From: an uncultured Chloroflexia bacterium | GTDB lineage: Bacteria > Chloroflexota > Limnocylindria > Limnocylindrales > CSP1-4 | Direction of reading: 5' to 3' | Assembly: GCA_963763775.1 (NCBI GenBank) | Contig: CAVXPZ010000001.1 | Location: forward strand, 1,344,001-1,408,000 | DNA: 64,000 bases | Shown here: positions 10,578 through 22,300 of the stretch, in pieces | Layout of the letters: every line of letters starts with the position of its first letter | How positions within the stretch are numbered: the first letter of the stretch is position 1 | Position numbers and translations under genes: made by a program | Notes under the pieces: generated by a model | Seen by the model: the letters and a program-made list of their open reading frames with translations, nothing else | Databases searched by the model: none | What the model was told of the DNA's origin: nothing

Positions 10578-12342
10578 CTACGCCCTGCCGGGCCGGGCGC
10601 ATCCGCGGGGCCGCGACGACCTTGCCCGGCTGCCTCCAGTCGACCCAGTCGACCCCCGTCTCCTCGACGTACGCGTCGACCGCGGACCCGACCGTGGGGA
10701 AGAACGCGTGGGCGCCGAGGCGCTCGAAGAGGCCGTACGTCTTCAGTCGATCCTTCGCCGGGTCCTTGAGCTCGGCGAAGCGAAGGCTCACGCCCGACGC
10801 ATCAAGGCTCGCGATCAGTTCCCCGAGGACGTCCCCGGCGGTCATGTCCACGTCGGTGACGGGCTCGGCGGCGACCACGACCCACCGCGTGGGCGTGGGC
10901 GCGTCGGCGACGGCGGCCTCGATCTCCTCGCGGAAGACCTCGGCGTTCGCGAAGAACAGCGGCGCATCCCAGCGGAACATGACCAGCCCGTCGACGCGCC
11001 GGGCCTCGGGATACCGCGTGACGTCGTGATACCCCTTGACGCCGTCGACGCGGCCGAGGATCGCCGAGTACGGTCGCCACGCCCGCCAGACGAACGCGCC
11101 CAACGAGAGCGCCACGGCGATGAAGATGCCGGCGACGACCCCGAACCCGGCGACGCCGAGGAAGCAGATCATCGAGAGCGCGAACTCCGATCGACGGAGA
11201 CGCCAGAGCCGCACCAGCCCGGTGACTTCGACGAGGGACAGGCAGGCCGTCATCACGATCGCGGCGAGGACCGACTGCGGCAGGTTGGTCGTCAGGCCCG
11301 GGAAGAACAGGAGGAGCGCAGCGATCGAGAGGGCCCCGACGACGCCCGTCAGCTGGGTCTTGGCCCCGGCCTGCTGGGCGACCGGGGTCCGTGACGCGCT
11401 CGCGCTGATCGCGAACCCCGAGAACAGGCCGGCGCCGATGTTCGCGGCGCCGAGCGCGCGGAGCTCCTGGTCCTGGTCCACGCGATAGCCCGACCGGCCG
11501 GCGAAGGTCCGCGACAGCACGCTCGTGTCGGCCATGGAGACCACCGCGATCGCGAGGCCACCGGCCACCATGGAGGCCATCTCCTGGAGGGTCACCTGCG
11601 GGATCCCGAACGACGGCAGGCCCTGCGGCAGCGGCCCGACCACCGGGACGCCAGCGGAGGCGGCGAGGCCGAGCACGCCGGTCACGATCGTGGCGCCGAC
11701 GGCCGCGATGAGCACGCCCGGCACGGCCGGCCACAGGCGCCGGCACACGACGATGACCCCGATCGACACCAGGCCGATGGCGAGAGCGGTCGTGTTCGTC
11801 TCGCCGTCGAGGACGCCCTGGACGAACGCCTGGATCTCGCCGACGACCCCGTCGGCATCCACCGTGAAGCCGAAGAGCTTGGGCAGCTGCCCGACGAAGA
11901 CCGTCAGGGCGATGCCGTTGAGGTAGCCGAACCGGATCGGCTTCGAGAGCAGGTCCGTGAGCAGGCCGAGCCGGAGGACCCCGAAGGCGATACAGAACGC
12001 GCCGGAGATGAGGGCCAGACCGGCGGCGAGGTCCGTCGCGTGGGCGCTGTCGCCGAGGACGAGCGGCGCGATCGTGGCCGCGATGATCGCGGCGAGCGAC
12101 GAGTCCGGGCCGAGCACCAGGACCGGGCTCGGGCCGAAGAGCGCGTAGAGGAGGAGCGGGACGATCGTCGCGTAGAGACCCGCGATCGCGGGCAGGCCGG
12201 CGGCCTCGGCGTACCCCATGCCGACGGGCACCAGGATCGCCGTGAGCACGAGACCGGCGACCAGGTCCTTCGTGAGCCAGGCGCGCTGGTAGGTGCGCGC
12301 GACCTGCAGCCCCGGAACCAGGCCCAAGACACCGTCCGACAT
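10578..12342 (-). CDS. SulP family anion permease with STAS domain (stop probably lost by frameshift)
   Basis: DLVAGL, GLYATIVP, QELRALGAANI, SASRTPVA, FRWDAPLFFANAE, FFPTVGSAV; AGGAGG RBS before ATG 12342. Confidence 0.88.
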
Positions 12343-12395
12343 CGTCCCTCCTCGTGTCATCCTAGTCCGCGAGACAGCAGCAGGAGACGACCGCG

Positions 12396-12968
12396 ATGGA
12401 CGACCAAGCCGAGCCCGTCACGAACCTCGGCCCGGACAGCGGCGGCCGGGCGCCCGGCGAAGGCGAACCGAAGGTCTACCACTGGGAGTGGGGGCCCGAC
12501 GACGCCCGGCGACCCGGCCTGCCGTGGATCGGGATCTTCCTGCTCGTGTTCGGGGGCCTGCTGCTCATCCAGCAGTCGTACCCGGAGGGACGATCGGCGG
12601 GATCGGTCATCGTCCTCGCGGTCGGTCTTGCGTTCCTGATCAAGTGGGCCTTCGACCGCGGCACGGGCTCGCTCTACGCGGGTGCGATCATCACCGCCCT
12701 CGCGGCGCCTGGCGTCCTCAACGCCGCCGGCATCGACGTCGACGGCCTGGGTACCTTCTGCTTCGGGATCGCCTTCCTGTTCATCGCGGTGGTTCGCGCC
12801 GCGACCGGCGGCGGCTGGGGCTGGCAGCTGTGGTTCGGCGGACTGCTGGCCCTCCTCGGCGGCGTGAACATGACGAGCCCGACGCTCGGCGGCCTCGTCG
12901 TGCCGATCCTCCTCATCGCCCTCGGGGTCCTGCTCCTGGCCCGCGGCGCCGCGCGCGGGCGGGTGTGA
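12396..12968 (+). CDS. Hypothetical membrane protein
   Basis: AGGAG RBS; about 6 hydrophobic segments. Confidence 0.7.
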   Translation: MDDQAEPVTNLGPDSGGRAPGEGEPKVYHWEWGPDDARRPGLPWIGIFLLVFGGLLLIQQSYPEGRSAGSVIVLAVGLAFLIKWAFDRGTGSLYAGAIITALAAPGVLNAAGIDVDGLGTFCFGIAFLFIAVVRAATGGGWGWQLWFGGLLALLGGVNMTSPTLGGLVVPILLIALGVLLLARGAARGRV

Positions 12969-12969
12969 C

Positions 12970-13998
12970 GTGTCGGGCTGGGTGACCCCGCCACAGGCGG
13001 GTGGGCCGGCGGGTCCGGGTCCGATCGTCGGATGGGTCGCCCCGACCGAACCCGAGGGCCTCGGCATCGGAGAGATCCGCCGGGAAGGCTGGCGGCTGAC
13101 CCGGGACCACCTCGGAGCGTTCGCCGGCATCACCCTGGTCCCGGTCGTCCTCCTGGACCTGATGGTCGTCCCGATCTGGCTCTCGGCCGGCCGGTCGATC
13201 GAAGGGATGGTCACGTTCTGGACGACGATCGATATGGCCCGGTATCGCAACGACCCGGAGGCACTCCAGCGCGACCTGCGAGCGGTCATGCAGCCATCGA
13301 CCGATCTGGCGGTCCTCGGGACGGTCGGGACCGGCCTTGCGTTCATCGTGATGATGCTCGGGGTGGCGGCGCTGTCGGCCGCGGCGCTCGAGGCATCCGC
13401 TGGACGGCGACCTTCCATCGGCGCCGCGTTCTCGGCCATCGGGGAGCACTTGAGTGCGCTCGTGCTGCCGGCCCTCTTGCTCGGGATCGGCTACATCCTC
13501 GTCCTGACGCCCCTCACCCTGAACCAGGCGGGGTTCACCTCCGTCGGGTTCACACCGGGGGGCGCCGCCTTGAGCGCCGGGCTCTCCTTCCTCGTGCTCA
13601 TCCTCGAGGTCGCGGCGGTCTACCTGGCCGTGCGCTGGTCCGTGTACTTCCAGGCGGTCGTGGGCGAAGGACTCGGGTTCCGGGCGTCACTCGCCAGGAG
13701 TTCGGCCCTGACCGCCGGGGTCCGGATCAAGATCGGCCTGATCCTGATCGTCTGGACGATCGTCATCGGCATCGTCGTCGGGCTGGTCGGACTGCTTGTG
13801 GGGCTCGTGGTCGGCGTGGCGACCGGGTCGATGATCGTCGGACTCGTCGCCTACTCCGTGGCGCTCTCGATCTGCGGGCTCGTCTATCTGCCGTTCTACG
13901 TCGCGATGCTCACGGTCATCTATCGACGCCGGATCGAGCAGACGAGCCCGGCGGAACCGACCGGCGAGGCGGCGCAGGAGCCGACCGGACCCGCCTGA
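12970..13998 (+). CDS. Hypothetical membrane protein (GDPD membrane-anchor-like)
   Basis: Pro/Gly N-terminus, LGIGEI..EGW, YLAVRWS, SLARSSALTAG; adjacent to upstream gene. Confidence 0.65.
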   Translation: MSGWVTPPQAGGPAGPGPIVGWVAPTEPEGLGIGEIRREGWRLTRDHLGAFAGITLVPVVLLDLMVVPIWLSAGRSIEGMVTFWTTIDMARYRNDPEALQRDLRAVMQPSTDLAVLGTVGTGLAFIVMMLGVAALSAAALEASAGRRPSIGAAFSAIGEHLSALVLPALLLGIGYILVLTPLTLNQAGFTSVGFTPGGAALSAGLSFLVLILEVAAVYLAVRWSVYFQAVVGEGLGFRASLARSSALTAGVRIKIGLILIVWTIVIGIVVGLVGLLVGLVVGVATGSMIVGLVAYSVALSICGLVYLPFYVAMLTVIYRRRIEQTSPAEPTGEAAQEPTGPA

Positions 13999-14007
13999 GA
14001 CCGACGA

Positions 14008-15377
14008 TCAGGCGCGGAGCGCCGACCTCGACGACCGCCGCGTCGATCGCGTCGGCCAGGGTCGAGGCGATCCGCTCGAGCTCCGCGTCGGTGATGACGA
14101 ACGGTGGCCCGAGGAGGATCGTGTCGCCGTTCGCGCCGTCGGCGTTACCGGTGCCGGAATAGACCATGACGCCCCGCTCGCGCGCGCCGCGGACGACGGC
14201 CTCGGTCAGCCTGGCCGCGCGCGGGTACGGCGCCCGAGTGGTCCGGTCCGCGACCAGCTCCACGCCGACCATGAGCCCACGCCCGCGGATGTCGCCGACG
14301 TTCGGCTGTTCGTCGAGATACCCGTGAAGCAACGCCTGGAGGCGGTCGCCCTTGGTGGCGCTCGCGGTCACGAGGTCTTCCGACTCCAACGTGCGAAGGA
14401 CCTCGCGGGCGACCGCCGCCCCGACCGGCGAGTGCGAGAACGTGAAACCGTGGATGAAGCCGCCGGCCCCCGTGACGGTGGCATGGATGTCACCCGACGC
14501 GGCGACGAAGCCGAACGGCCAGTAGCCCGACGTCGCGCCCTTCGCCGCGACGAGCAGGTCCGGTCGGAGCCCCCAGTGGTCGGAGCCGAACCAACGGCCC
14601 GTCCGTCCGAACCCCGTCATCACCTCATCGGCGATGACGAGCACGCCGTGGCGTCGGCAGACGTCCGCGACGGCCGGCCAGTAGTCATCGGGTGGCACGG
14701 CGGCGGCAAGGGTCGCGCCGACGATCGGCTCCGCGACGAACGCCGCGACGCGTCCCGGGCCTGCGGCGACGATCGCCGCCTCCAGCTCCGCGGCGAGGGC
14801 CGAGCCATCGGCAAGCGCATGCGAGCCGGGGCGCGCCGCCCCGTACGGATACGCCGCGGACACGTGCGAGAAGCGGCCCGAGCCACGGCTCGTACGGCCG
14901 GCGGAGTGGCGGCCGCCCGGACAGGTCCAGCGCGCCGAGGGTGTTGCCGTGGTAGCTCCCCCACCGCGCGATGACGATGTCGCGACCGGCCTCGCCGCGC
15001 GCCAGGTGGTAGGCCCGGGCGAGCTTGAGGGCCGTCTCGATCGCCTCGGACCCACCGGACACCGGGTAGATCGCGGGCTCGTCGACCGGCAGGTGCCGCG
15101 CGACCTCGATCGCGTACGCCTCGAGCGGCTCGGTGGTGAACGCGCTGCCGTGGGCGTAGGAGAGACGGGCCGCCTGCTCGGCCATCGCCGCCGCGACCCG
15201 GTCGCGGCCGTGGCCGATGTTGACGACGATCGCCCCGCCCGCGGCGTCCAGGTAGTCGCGGCCGGTCGCGTCCCAGATCGTGGATCCCTCCGCGCGGACG
15301 GCCACCGGCGGCTCGGCGACGGTCGAGCGGCGGAAGACGCGCCCGGGCGCGGCCGGGTCGGTTCGGGGATCGCTCAT
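14008..15377 (-). CDS. Class III PLP aminotransferase, frameshifted (3' end uncertain, 14008 or 13916)
   Basis: YLDAAGG..NIGHG, SGGSEAIE, SYHGNT, AEPIVG, ADEVMTGFGRTG, AAKG; shift near 14880. Confidence 0.88.
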
Positions 15378-15445
15378 CGGCCGGATTCTACGTCCCGTCG
15401 CGCCCGCGACGCCGCTGTCGACACGGAGGCGGCACAATGCCTGCC

Positions 15446-18400
15446 ATGGCGGAGGCGACGCTCGAGCTCCAGCGCGACAACCCGGAGGCGTACATCCCGC
15501 GCGACCGCCGCCGCGCCCTCGCCGCCGGGACGACGATGCCCGACCGGGTCCACGGGGCCGGCCTGTTCGCCGACATCTCCGGGTTCACCCCGCTCACGGA
15601 GGCGCTGGCCGCGGAGCTCGGGCCGCAGCGAGGCGCCGAGGAGCTGACCGCGGCGCTGGGCCGCGTGTTCCATGAGGTGATCGGCGAACTCGACGGGTTC
15701 GGCGGCGACGTCATCTATTTCTCGGGCGATGCGATCACGTGCTGGCTCGACGGCGACGACGGGACCCGGGCGACGGCCTGTGGGCTCGCGATGCAGGACG
15801 CGATCGCCCGCGTGGGCCAGATCGCGACACCGGGCGGGAACACGGTGACGCTCGCGATGAAGGTGGCGATCGCGGTGGGTCCGGCGCGTCGCTTCGTCGT
15901 CGGGGTGCCGCGCGTCCAGCTCATCGACGTCCTCGCGGGCCATCTCGTCGACGACCTCGCCGAGGCCGAGCATCACGCGGGCAAGGGCGATGTCGTGCTC
16001 GACGCGTCGGCCATGGCGTCCCTGGGCGACCGCGTCGAGCTCGCCGAGGAGCGAGTCGACGACGCGACCGGTCATCGCTTCGGGGTCGTGCGGCGGCTGA
16101 CGGTGGACGTCCCGCGCGCGACCGTCGAGGAGCCGCCCCTGCTGCCCGAATCGATCGTCCGCCAGTGGCTGCTCCCGGCCGTCTACGAGCGGATGCGGAC
16201 CGGTCGCGGCGAGTTCCTCGCGGAGCTGCGCGCCGCCTACCCGCTCTTCCTCCGATTCGGCGGCATCGACTACGACGACGACGACGAGGCCGACGTCAAG
16301 CTCGACGCCTTCGTCATCAAGGCCCAGGAGATCCTCGACGGGTACGGCGGCAACGTCCTCCAGCTGACCCTCGGCGACAAGGGGGCCTACCTGTACGGGG
16401 TCTTCGGATCGCCACTCGCCCACGAGGACGACGCCGCACGCGCCGCCGCCGCGGCCCTCGAGCTGCTGGATCTGGGGTCCACGACAGCGGCCACGGACAT
16501 CCAGATCGGGATCACCCACGGCCGACTCCGGAGCGGCACGTACGGGCACGCGATGCGTCGGACGTTCGTGTGTCTCGGGGACGCGGTCAACCTGTCGGCA
16601 CGGCTCATGTCGGCGGCCCCTCCAGGTCGCATCTACGTCTCGCGGCCGGTCCACGATGCGGCCGGGGACGCGTTCCGCTGGGAGTCGCTGGCGGACCTGA
16701 CGGTCAAGGGCAAGAGCGAGCCCGTCGAGGTGTTCGCGCTGAGCGGCGCGGTCGCGCGGACGTCGCGACGCCAGACGCGATACGAGCTCCCGCTGGTCGG
16801 CCGGCGAGCCGAGCTTCGACGACTCGACGATCGGCTCGATCTCGCGCGGTCCGGCCGCGGGCACGTCATCTCGATCGCCGCTGAGGCGGGCATGGGCAAG
16901 TCCCGGCTCGTCGCCGAGTTCGTCCGGAACGCCCGGCGATCGGGCCTCCAGGTGGCCTTCGGCGAGTGCCAGGCCTTCGGGACGACGACGAGCTACCTGG
17001 CATGGCGCGAGGTGTGGCGGACCCTGCTGGGCGTCCAGGACGGCGCCGACCCGGAGCGGCAGCGCGACGCCATCGAGCGGGCGTTGACCTCGATCGATCC
17101 GGCCCTGCTGGCCCGCGCACCACTGCTGGAATCGGTGGTCGGCGTCCCGATCCCGGACAACGACCTGACCGCGGCCTTCGACCCGAAGCTGCGCAAGGCG
17201 TCGCTCGAGGACCTGCTCTCGAGGTGCCTCGCGAGCCTGGCGACCCGACCGCTGGTGATCGTCCTCGAGGACTGCCACTGGATCGACGAGCTGTCGCGCG
17301 ACCTGCTCGAGGCGCTCGTTCGAGCGTCGCCGGCGCTCCCGGTCTGCTTCGTCCTCGCCTACCGCCCGGCGTCGGCCCCCGGCGGCGACCTCGGGCTGGA
17401 GCGGTTGCCGCAGTTCGATGAGATCGTCCTCAGCGAGCTCGATGCCGACGAGACCCGTCAGGTCATCCGCTCCAAGCTCACGCAGCTGATCGGCGGCGAT
17501 CGCGCGACCCCCGAGTCGCTCGTGGAGCTCATCACGGCCCGCTCCCAGGGCAACCCGTTCTACGTCGAGGAGTTGCTCAACTACCTCGTCACGCGCGGCG
17601 TCGACCCAGGCGACCCGGGAGCGCTCGCCGACCTCGAGCTGCCGGACAGCCTCCAGAGCCTGATCCTCGGCCGCATCGACCAGCTCGACGAGGCGCCGCG
17701 ACGGACGATCAAGGTGGCCAGCGTGCTCGGGCGAGTCTTCAACGCGCCGGTCCTGCCACGCGTGTACCCGGAGATCGGGTCGCTGGACGCCGTCACGCAG
17801 CAGCTCGACCAATTGCGCAGCCTCGACCTCATCGCGCTCGACCGTGAGGCGGAGCAGGCCTACCTCTTCCGGCACATCCTCACGCAGACCGTCGCGTACG
17901 AGAGCATGCCGTTCGCCCTGCGCTCGACGCTCCATCGACGGGTCGGCGAGGACCTCGAGGCCGGTGGCGAGGACGCGATCGAGCGGTCCCTCGACCTGCT
18001 CGCCTACCACTACTGGCACAGCGACGACGACACGAAGAAGCGGTTCTACCTGACCGCCGCGGCGGCCGCCGCCCAGGCCGGCTACGCGAACGCGGCCGCG
18101 ATCGACTACTACGAGCGCCTGACGCCCGCTCCTCGACGGGCGCGAGCGCATCGACGCGTTGCTCAACCTCGGCAAGGTGCTCGAGCTGATCGGCGAATGG
18201 CCGCGCGCCGAGACCGCGGCGAACGAGGCGCTGACGGCGACCGAGACGATCGGCGACGTCGACGCGGAAGGTTGGGCGCACGCCGCGCTGGCCGAGCTCG
18301 CCCGCAAGCAGGGGCAGTTCGAGTCGGCGACCGCGCACCTCGACGCCGCGACCCGACGCTTCGAGGCCGCCGACGACGAAGCCGGTCTCGGACAGGCCCT

Positions 18401-19152
18401 CCACGTCGCCGGCACGGTCGCGGCGCAGATGGGCCGCTTCGACGATGCGCGCCAGCGGTACGAACGGAGCCTGGAGATCCGCCGACGGCTCGGCGACCTC
18501 GCCAAGGTCGGCGCGCTGTACTCGAACCTCGCGATCATCGCGGAGTACGAGGACGCAGCCGGACGAGGCTCGACGACTGAACGAGATGGCGCTGGCGGCG
18601 CGCATCGAGGCCGGGGACCAGATGGGGCATCGGTGTCACGCGGATGAACCTCGGCGCGCTCGCGATGCGACACGGCCAGCTCGAGGAGGGTCGCGCCTCG
18701 GTCGAGGAGGCGCTGCGACTCATGATCGAGGTCGGCGACGCGCTGTTCGCGGCCACGACGCGCGTGCTGGTCGGGAACGCCGCTCGCGACCTCGGCGACT
18801 ACCCGAGGCGCGCGCGTGCAGTACCGAGCGAGCCTGGAAGCCCTGGCCGTCATCGACGACCCGGTGTCCACCGCCGAGGCCCTCGAGGACATCGCGCTGC
18901 TCGCGACCGCGACGGGCGACCACCGGCGCGCGGTCGAGCTCGTCGGGGCCGCTGACGCGATGCGATCCGACGTCGGGTCCGTCGCGTCGGAGTCGCTCGA
19001 GGAGGAGTACGGCGAGAAGCTCGCCCCCAGCGTGGAGGCCCTCGGTCCGGAGGCGGCGCACGAGGCGTCGGAGCGCGGCCGGTCCCTCGACGAGGCCGCC
19101 GCGATCACCCTGGCCGCTGGAGGTCTGTTCGAGCCGGCGCCGACGCGCCTAA
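15446..19152 (+). CDS. Twin class III nucleotidyl cyclase + STAND NTPase + TPR protein, frameshifted
   Basis: FADISGFT, FSGDAI; GDKG, HEDDAARA, GDAVNLSARLM; Walker A AEAGMGKS, Walker B VIVLEDCHW, GNPFY; TPR tail split over frames from ~18130. Confidence 0.88.
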
Positions 19153-19362
19153 GGACGTCTGGGCTCCGCGGTGCCTGTCGGCACCGCATTCGTTGCCGTT
19201 CCGTGCTTGCGACGGCAACCACACGCCAGTACTCTACCCTGCACTCCACAGCTCCCGTCTGCCCCATCTCCACTGCCTTCGTGCCCGAGGTTTGGAACGT
19301 GAAGATCCGGCGTGTTTCGATGCCCCTTGGCCGTCCAGCACGCCCTCGCGGCGGATCCGTCG

Positions 19363-22300
19363 ATGACGCCGCCCCGGAGCCGCGTCAGCCGCTCGCTGGT
19401 CGCGTTCCTGCCAGTCCTGTTCGTCTTCGGCGCGACCTTCGCGCCCGTCTCGATCAAGGGCGCGCCCGTGGGCGCGGCGCCGGTCTCGGCGGACCCGTTG
19501 CCGGGGTCTGGACCGGCGAGCGGCGACCGGCGGGACCGATCACGGTACGTCACACAGCCGGTACCGGCGGCCTCGCGGAGTTCCACTACAACGCGACCTT
19601 GCGCCGGCACGAGCTCCGCCCGGGTGCCGGTCGGACCTGGACGTTCAACACCCTGGCCGGATCCGGCAGGGCGACGTCCGTCTCGACTGGGCGCTACTCC
19701 GGGTTCCACGCGTACTTCCAGGTCACCGTCGGGCTGACCGTGTTCATCACACGAGCCGGCAACCCGGTCGCGGTCCCGGATCTACGTTGGTCGACAGCGG
19801 CGGCCCGCGACTGCGATCCGCTGCCACCAGCCATCGCGGCGGATTCGCGTACGCCGGCACGACCTACCTCGACGTCCAGGCGGGCGACGACGTACGGCTT
19901 CGCCATGCGCGGGAACAACTGACGACTACGAACCCGATCCTTCAGGGCACCCTCGAGGTCGGCACGAACATCGTCTCGAACGGCAGCTTCGAGCTCGGGC
20001 ACGATGACACCGACCGCCGAGGACGACGCTCACCTCCGCGGTCGACCGCACTGCACCGGCTGGACCGTCGAGCCCGGCGGCGGGCTAGCGACGGGTCAGT
20101 CGACTGGACCGGGACTCGGTGGGAGGCCGCGGATGGCGCGCGCTCGCTCGAGTTGGCTGGCGTCCACCGTCGACGGGCGTCGTGCCATCCAAGACCTCGC
20201 CGACGGTCGCCGGCAGGTCGTATCGGGTCACGTTCAAGTACTCCGCGAACCCGGACCGGCTGATCTCGACCGGCCGACGTGCGGAGTGCGGCACATCCTG
20301 CCGAGGCACGAACCCGGGGTCGCGACGTGATCTTCGGCGGCCAGCTCAGGTTGGCGGCGGCGGACGTCCTTCAGCCGCGACCAACAGCAACGTCCGCGAT
20401 GGAGTGGCGATCGCGCGTCCTACGTCGTCACGGCCTCCAGCGACCACGACGCGCTCACTTCGCCAACACCGACTCTCCGCCCACGGCTGCGGCATCGTCA
20501 TCGACGACGTGTCGTGATGCCGGTCCTGCGGCTCGACTCGGCACCGCCCGAGCCCGACTTCTCCATCGGCGCGGACCCGACGTCCGTCTCGACTCGCCCC
20601 GGGCGAAAGCACGCACCACGACGGTCACAGCGACTGCCGATCAATGGATCGCAGGACATCCGGCGCCTGGACCGTCGCGAACCCCGCGGATAGCGGCGTG
20701 ACCGGCGACTTTCCTCGAGGACGCGCGCACCGAGCGGCACCAACGCCTCCGGCATCTGACGATCTCGGCGACCAGCCCGACGACGGCTCCGGCCCCTACA
20801 CCGTGACCGTCACCGCGACCGAAGGGACGCCACACCCACCACGTCGACATCCACGTGACCGTGGCCGTCGACGGACCCGCGCGCAGGACCCGGCCAGCCT
20901 CACGGTCAACACGACCGCGGATCACGAGGACGACACCGGCTGCACCCAGGGCGACTGCACGCTGCGTGAGGCCATCGACGCTGCCAATGCGTCCTCTGGC
21001 GACAGCACGCGCAACATCTCGTTCGATCTCGGCGACGGGTTCGCACGACGATCCAGCTCTCGGGTGCGCTGCCGTCCATCACCGTCCCGGTCTTCATCGA
21101 TGGCGGGGCGTCGGTCGAAGGCGGCTGCGCGATCCCGACCAGCCCGATCGTGCTGGATGGCTCAGGCAACGAAGGCCACCCGAACGGCCTCACGTTCGTC
21201 GCCGGCTCCGAAGGGAGCACGATCCAGGGCCTGCGCGTCACCGGCTGGGCCGGAGCCGCCATCGCGGCGACCTACGTGCCCACCGTGCTCAGCAATCTCG
21301 TCGTCCAGTGCGACGTCCTCGACCACAACGGATACGGCGTCGACCTGGTGGACACGAGCGGCGCGTCGATCGGCGGGACCGGTAACGGCGGCAACCAGAT
21401 CCACGACAACGGTCAGGGCGGGATCCAGCTCCGCAAGAGCAACGTCGAAGCGGCCGACACGTTCGGCGACCAGTTCGACGGCAACCTCATCTACGACAAC
21501 GACGGCCTCGGCATCGACCTCGGCGGCGACGGCGCCGACGGCCAACGACCCGGGCGACACGGACACCGGCGCCAACGGCCTCTCGAACCATCCGCTCATC
21601 TACAACGCCGAACGTCGCCCGGACGGCACCGGGGTCGTCAACGGGACCCTCGACACGAAGCCGGGCCCGCAGCGGATCACGCTCTACTGGAGCGAGGTCT
21701 GCGACCCGTCGAACCAGGGCGATGGCGCGACCATCCTCGGCACGCTCGACGTCACGTCCAACACCACCGGCACGGTCGACTTCACGGCGAACTTCACGCC
21801 GGGGCCGTCGGATCCGGCGTTCCCGGACCATGGCTACGTCTCCGCGATCGCCACGCCGACCGGCGGCGGCATCGCCCCGGACGGCACGTCCGAGTTCTCG
21901 ACGTGTGTCGCCCTGGGGTCGGGCAACGACTCCTGGCCGAGCGCGGCGGACATCAACGACGGATCCGCGGACGGCGCCATCACGTATGACGGCCAGACCC
22001 GCTGGTACAAGTTCACGGTCGTCCCGAACCAGCAGGTGACGATCGACCTCTCGGCCCTTCCGGCCGACTACGACCTGCTCCTCTTCACCGACATCGCGAG
22101 CGCCTACGACGACCTCACGTCGTCGAACCTGACCAAGGTCTCGGCCGAGTCGTCCGGCAAGGGCGGGAACCTGTCCTTCTCGGGCCGCGGCGGGAACCTG
22201 GCGTTCTCCGGCAAGGGCGGGAACCTCGGCTTCTCCGGCAAGGGCGGGAACCTCGCGTTCTCCGGCAAGGGCGGGAACCTGTCCTTCTCGGGCGACGTGT

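Noticed and set aside
9628-12360. SulP-phosphotriesterase fusion
   Set aside because: PTE has its own TAGCAT -10 8 nt before ATG and a TAG exists in a shifted frame; probable indel artefact
19153-19362. Riboswitch upstream of the giant gene
   Set aside because: Pyrimidine-rich intergenic sequence with no recognisable aptamer consensus; an Infernal/Rfam scan would be needed
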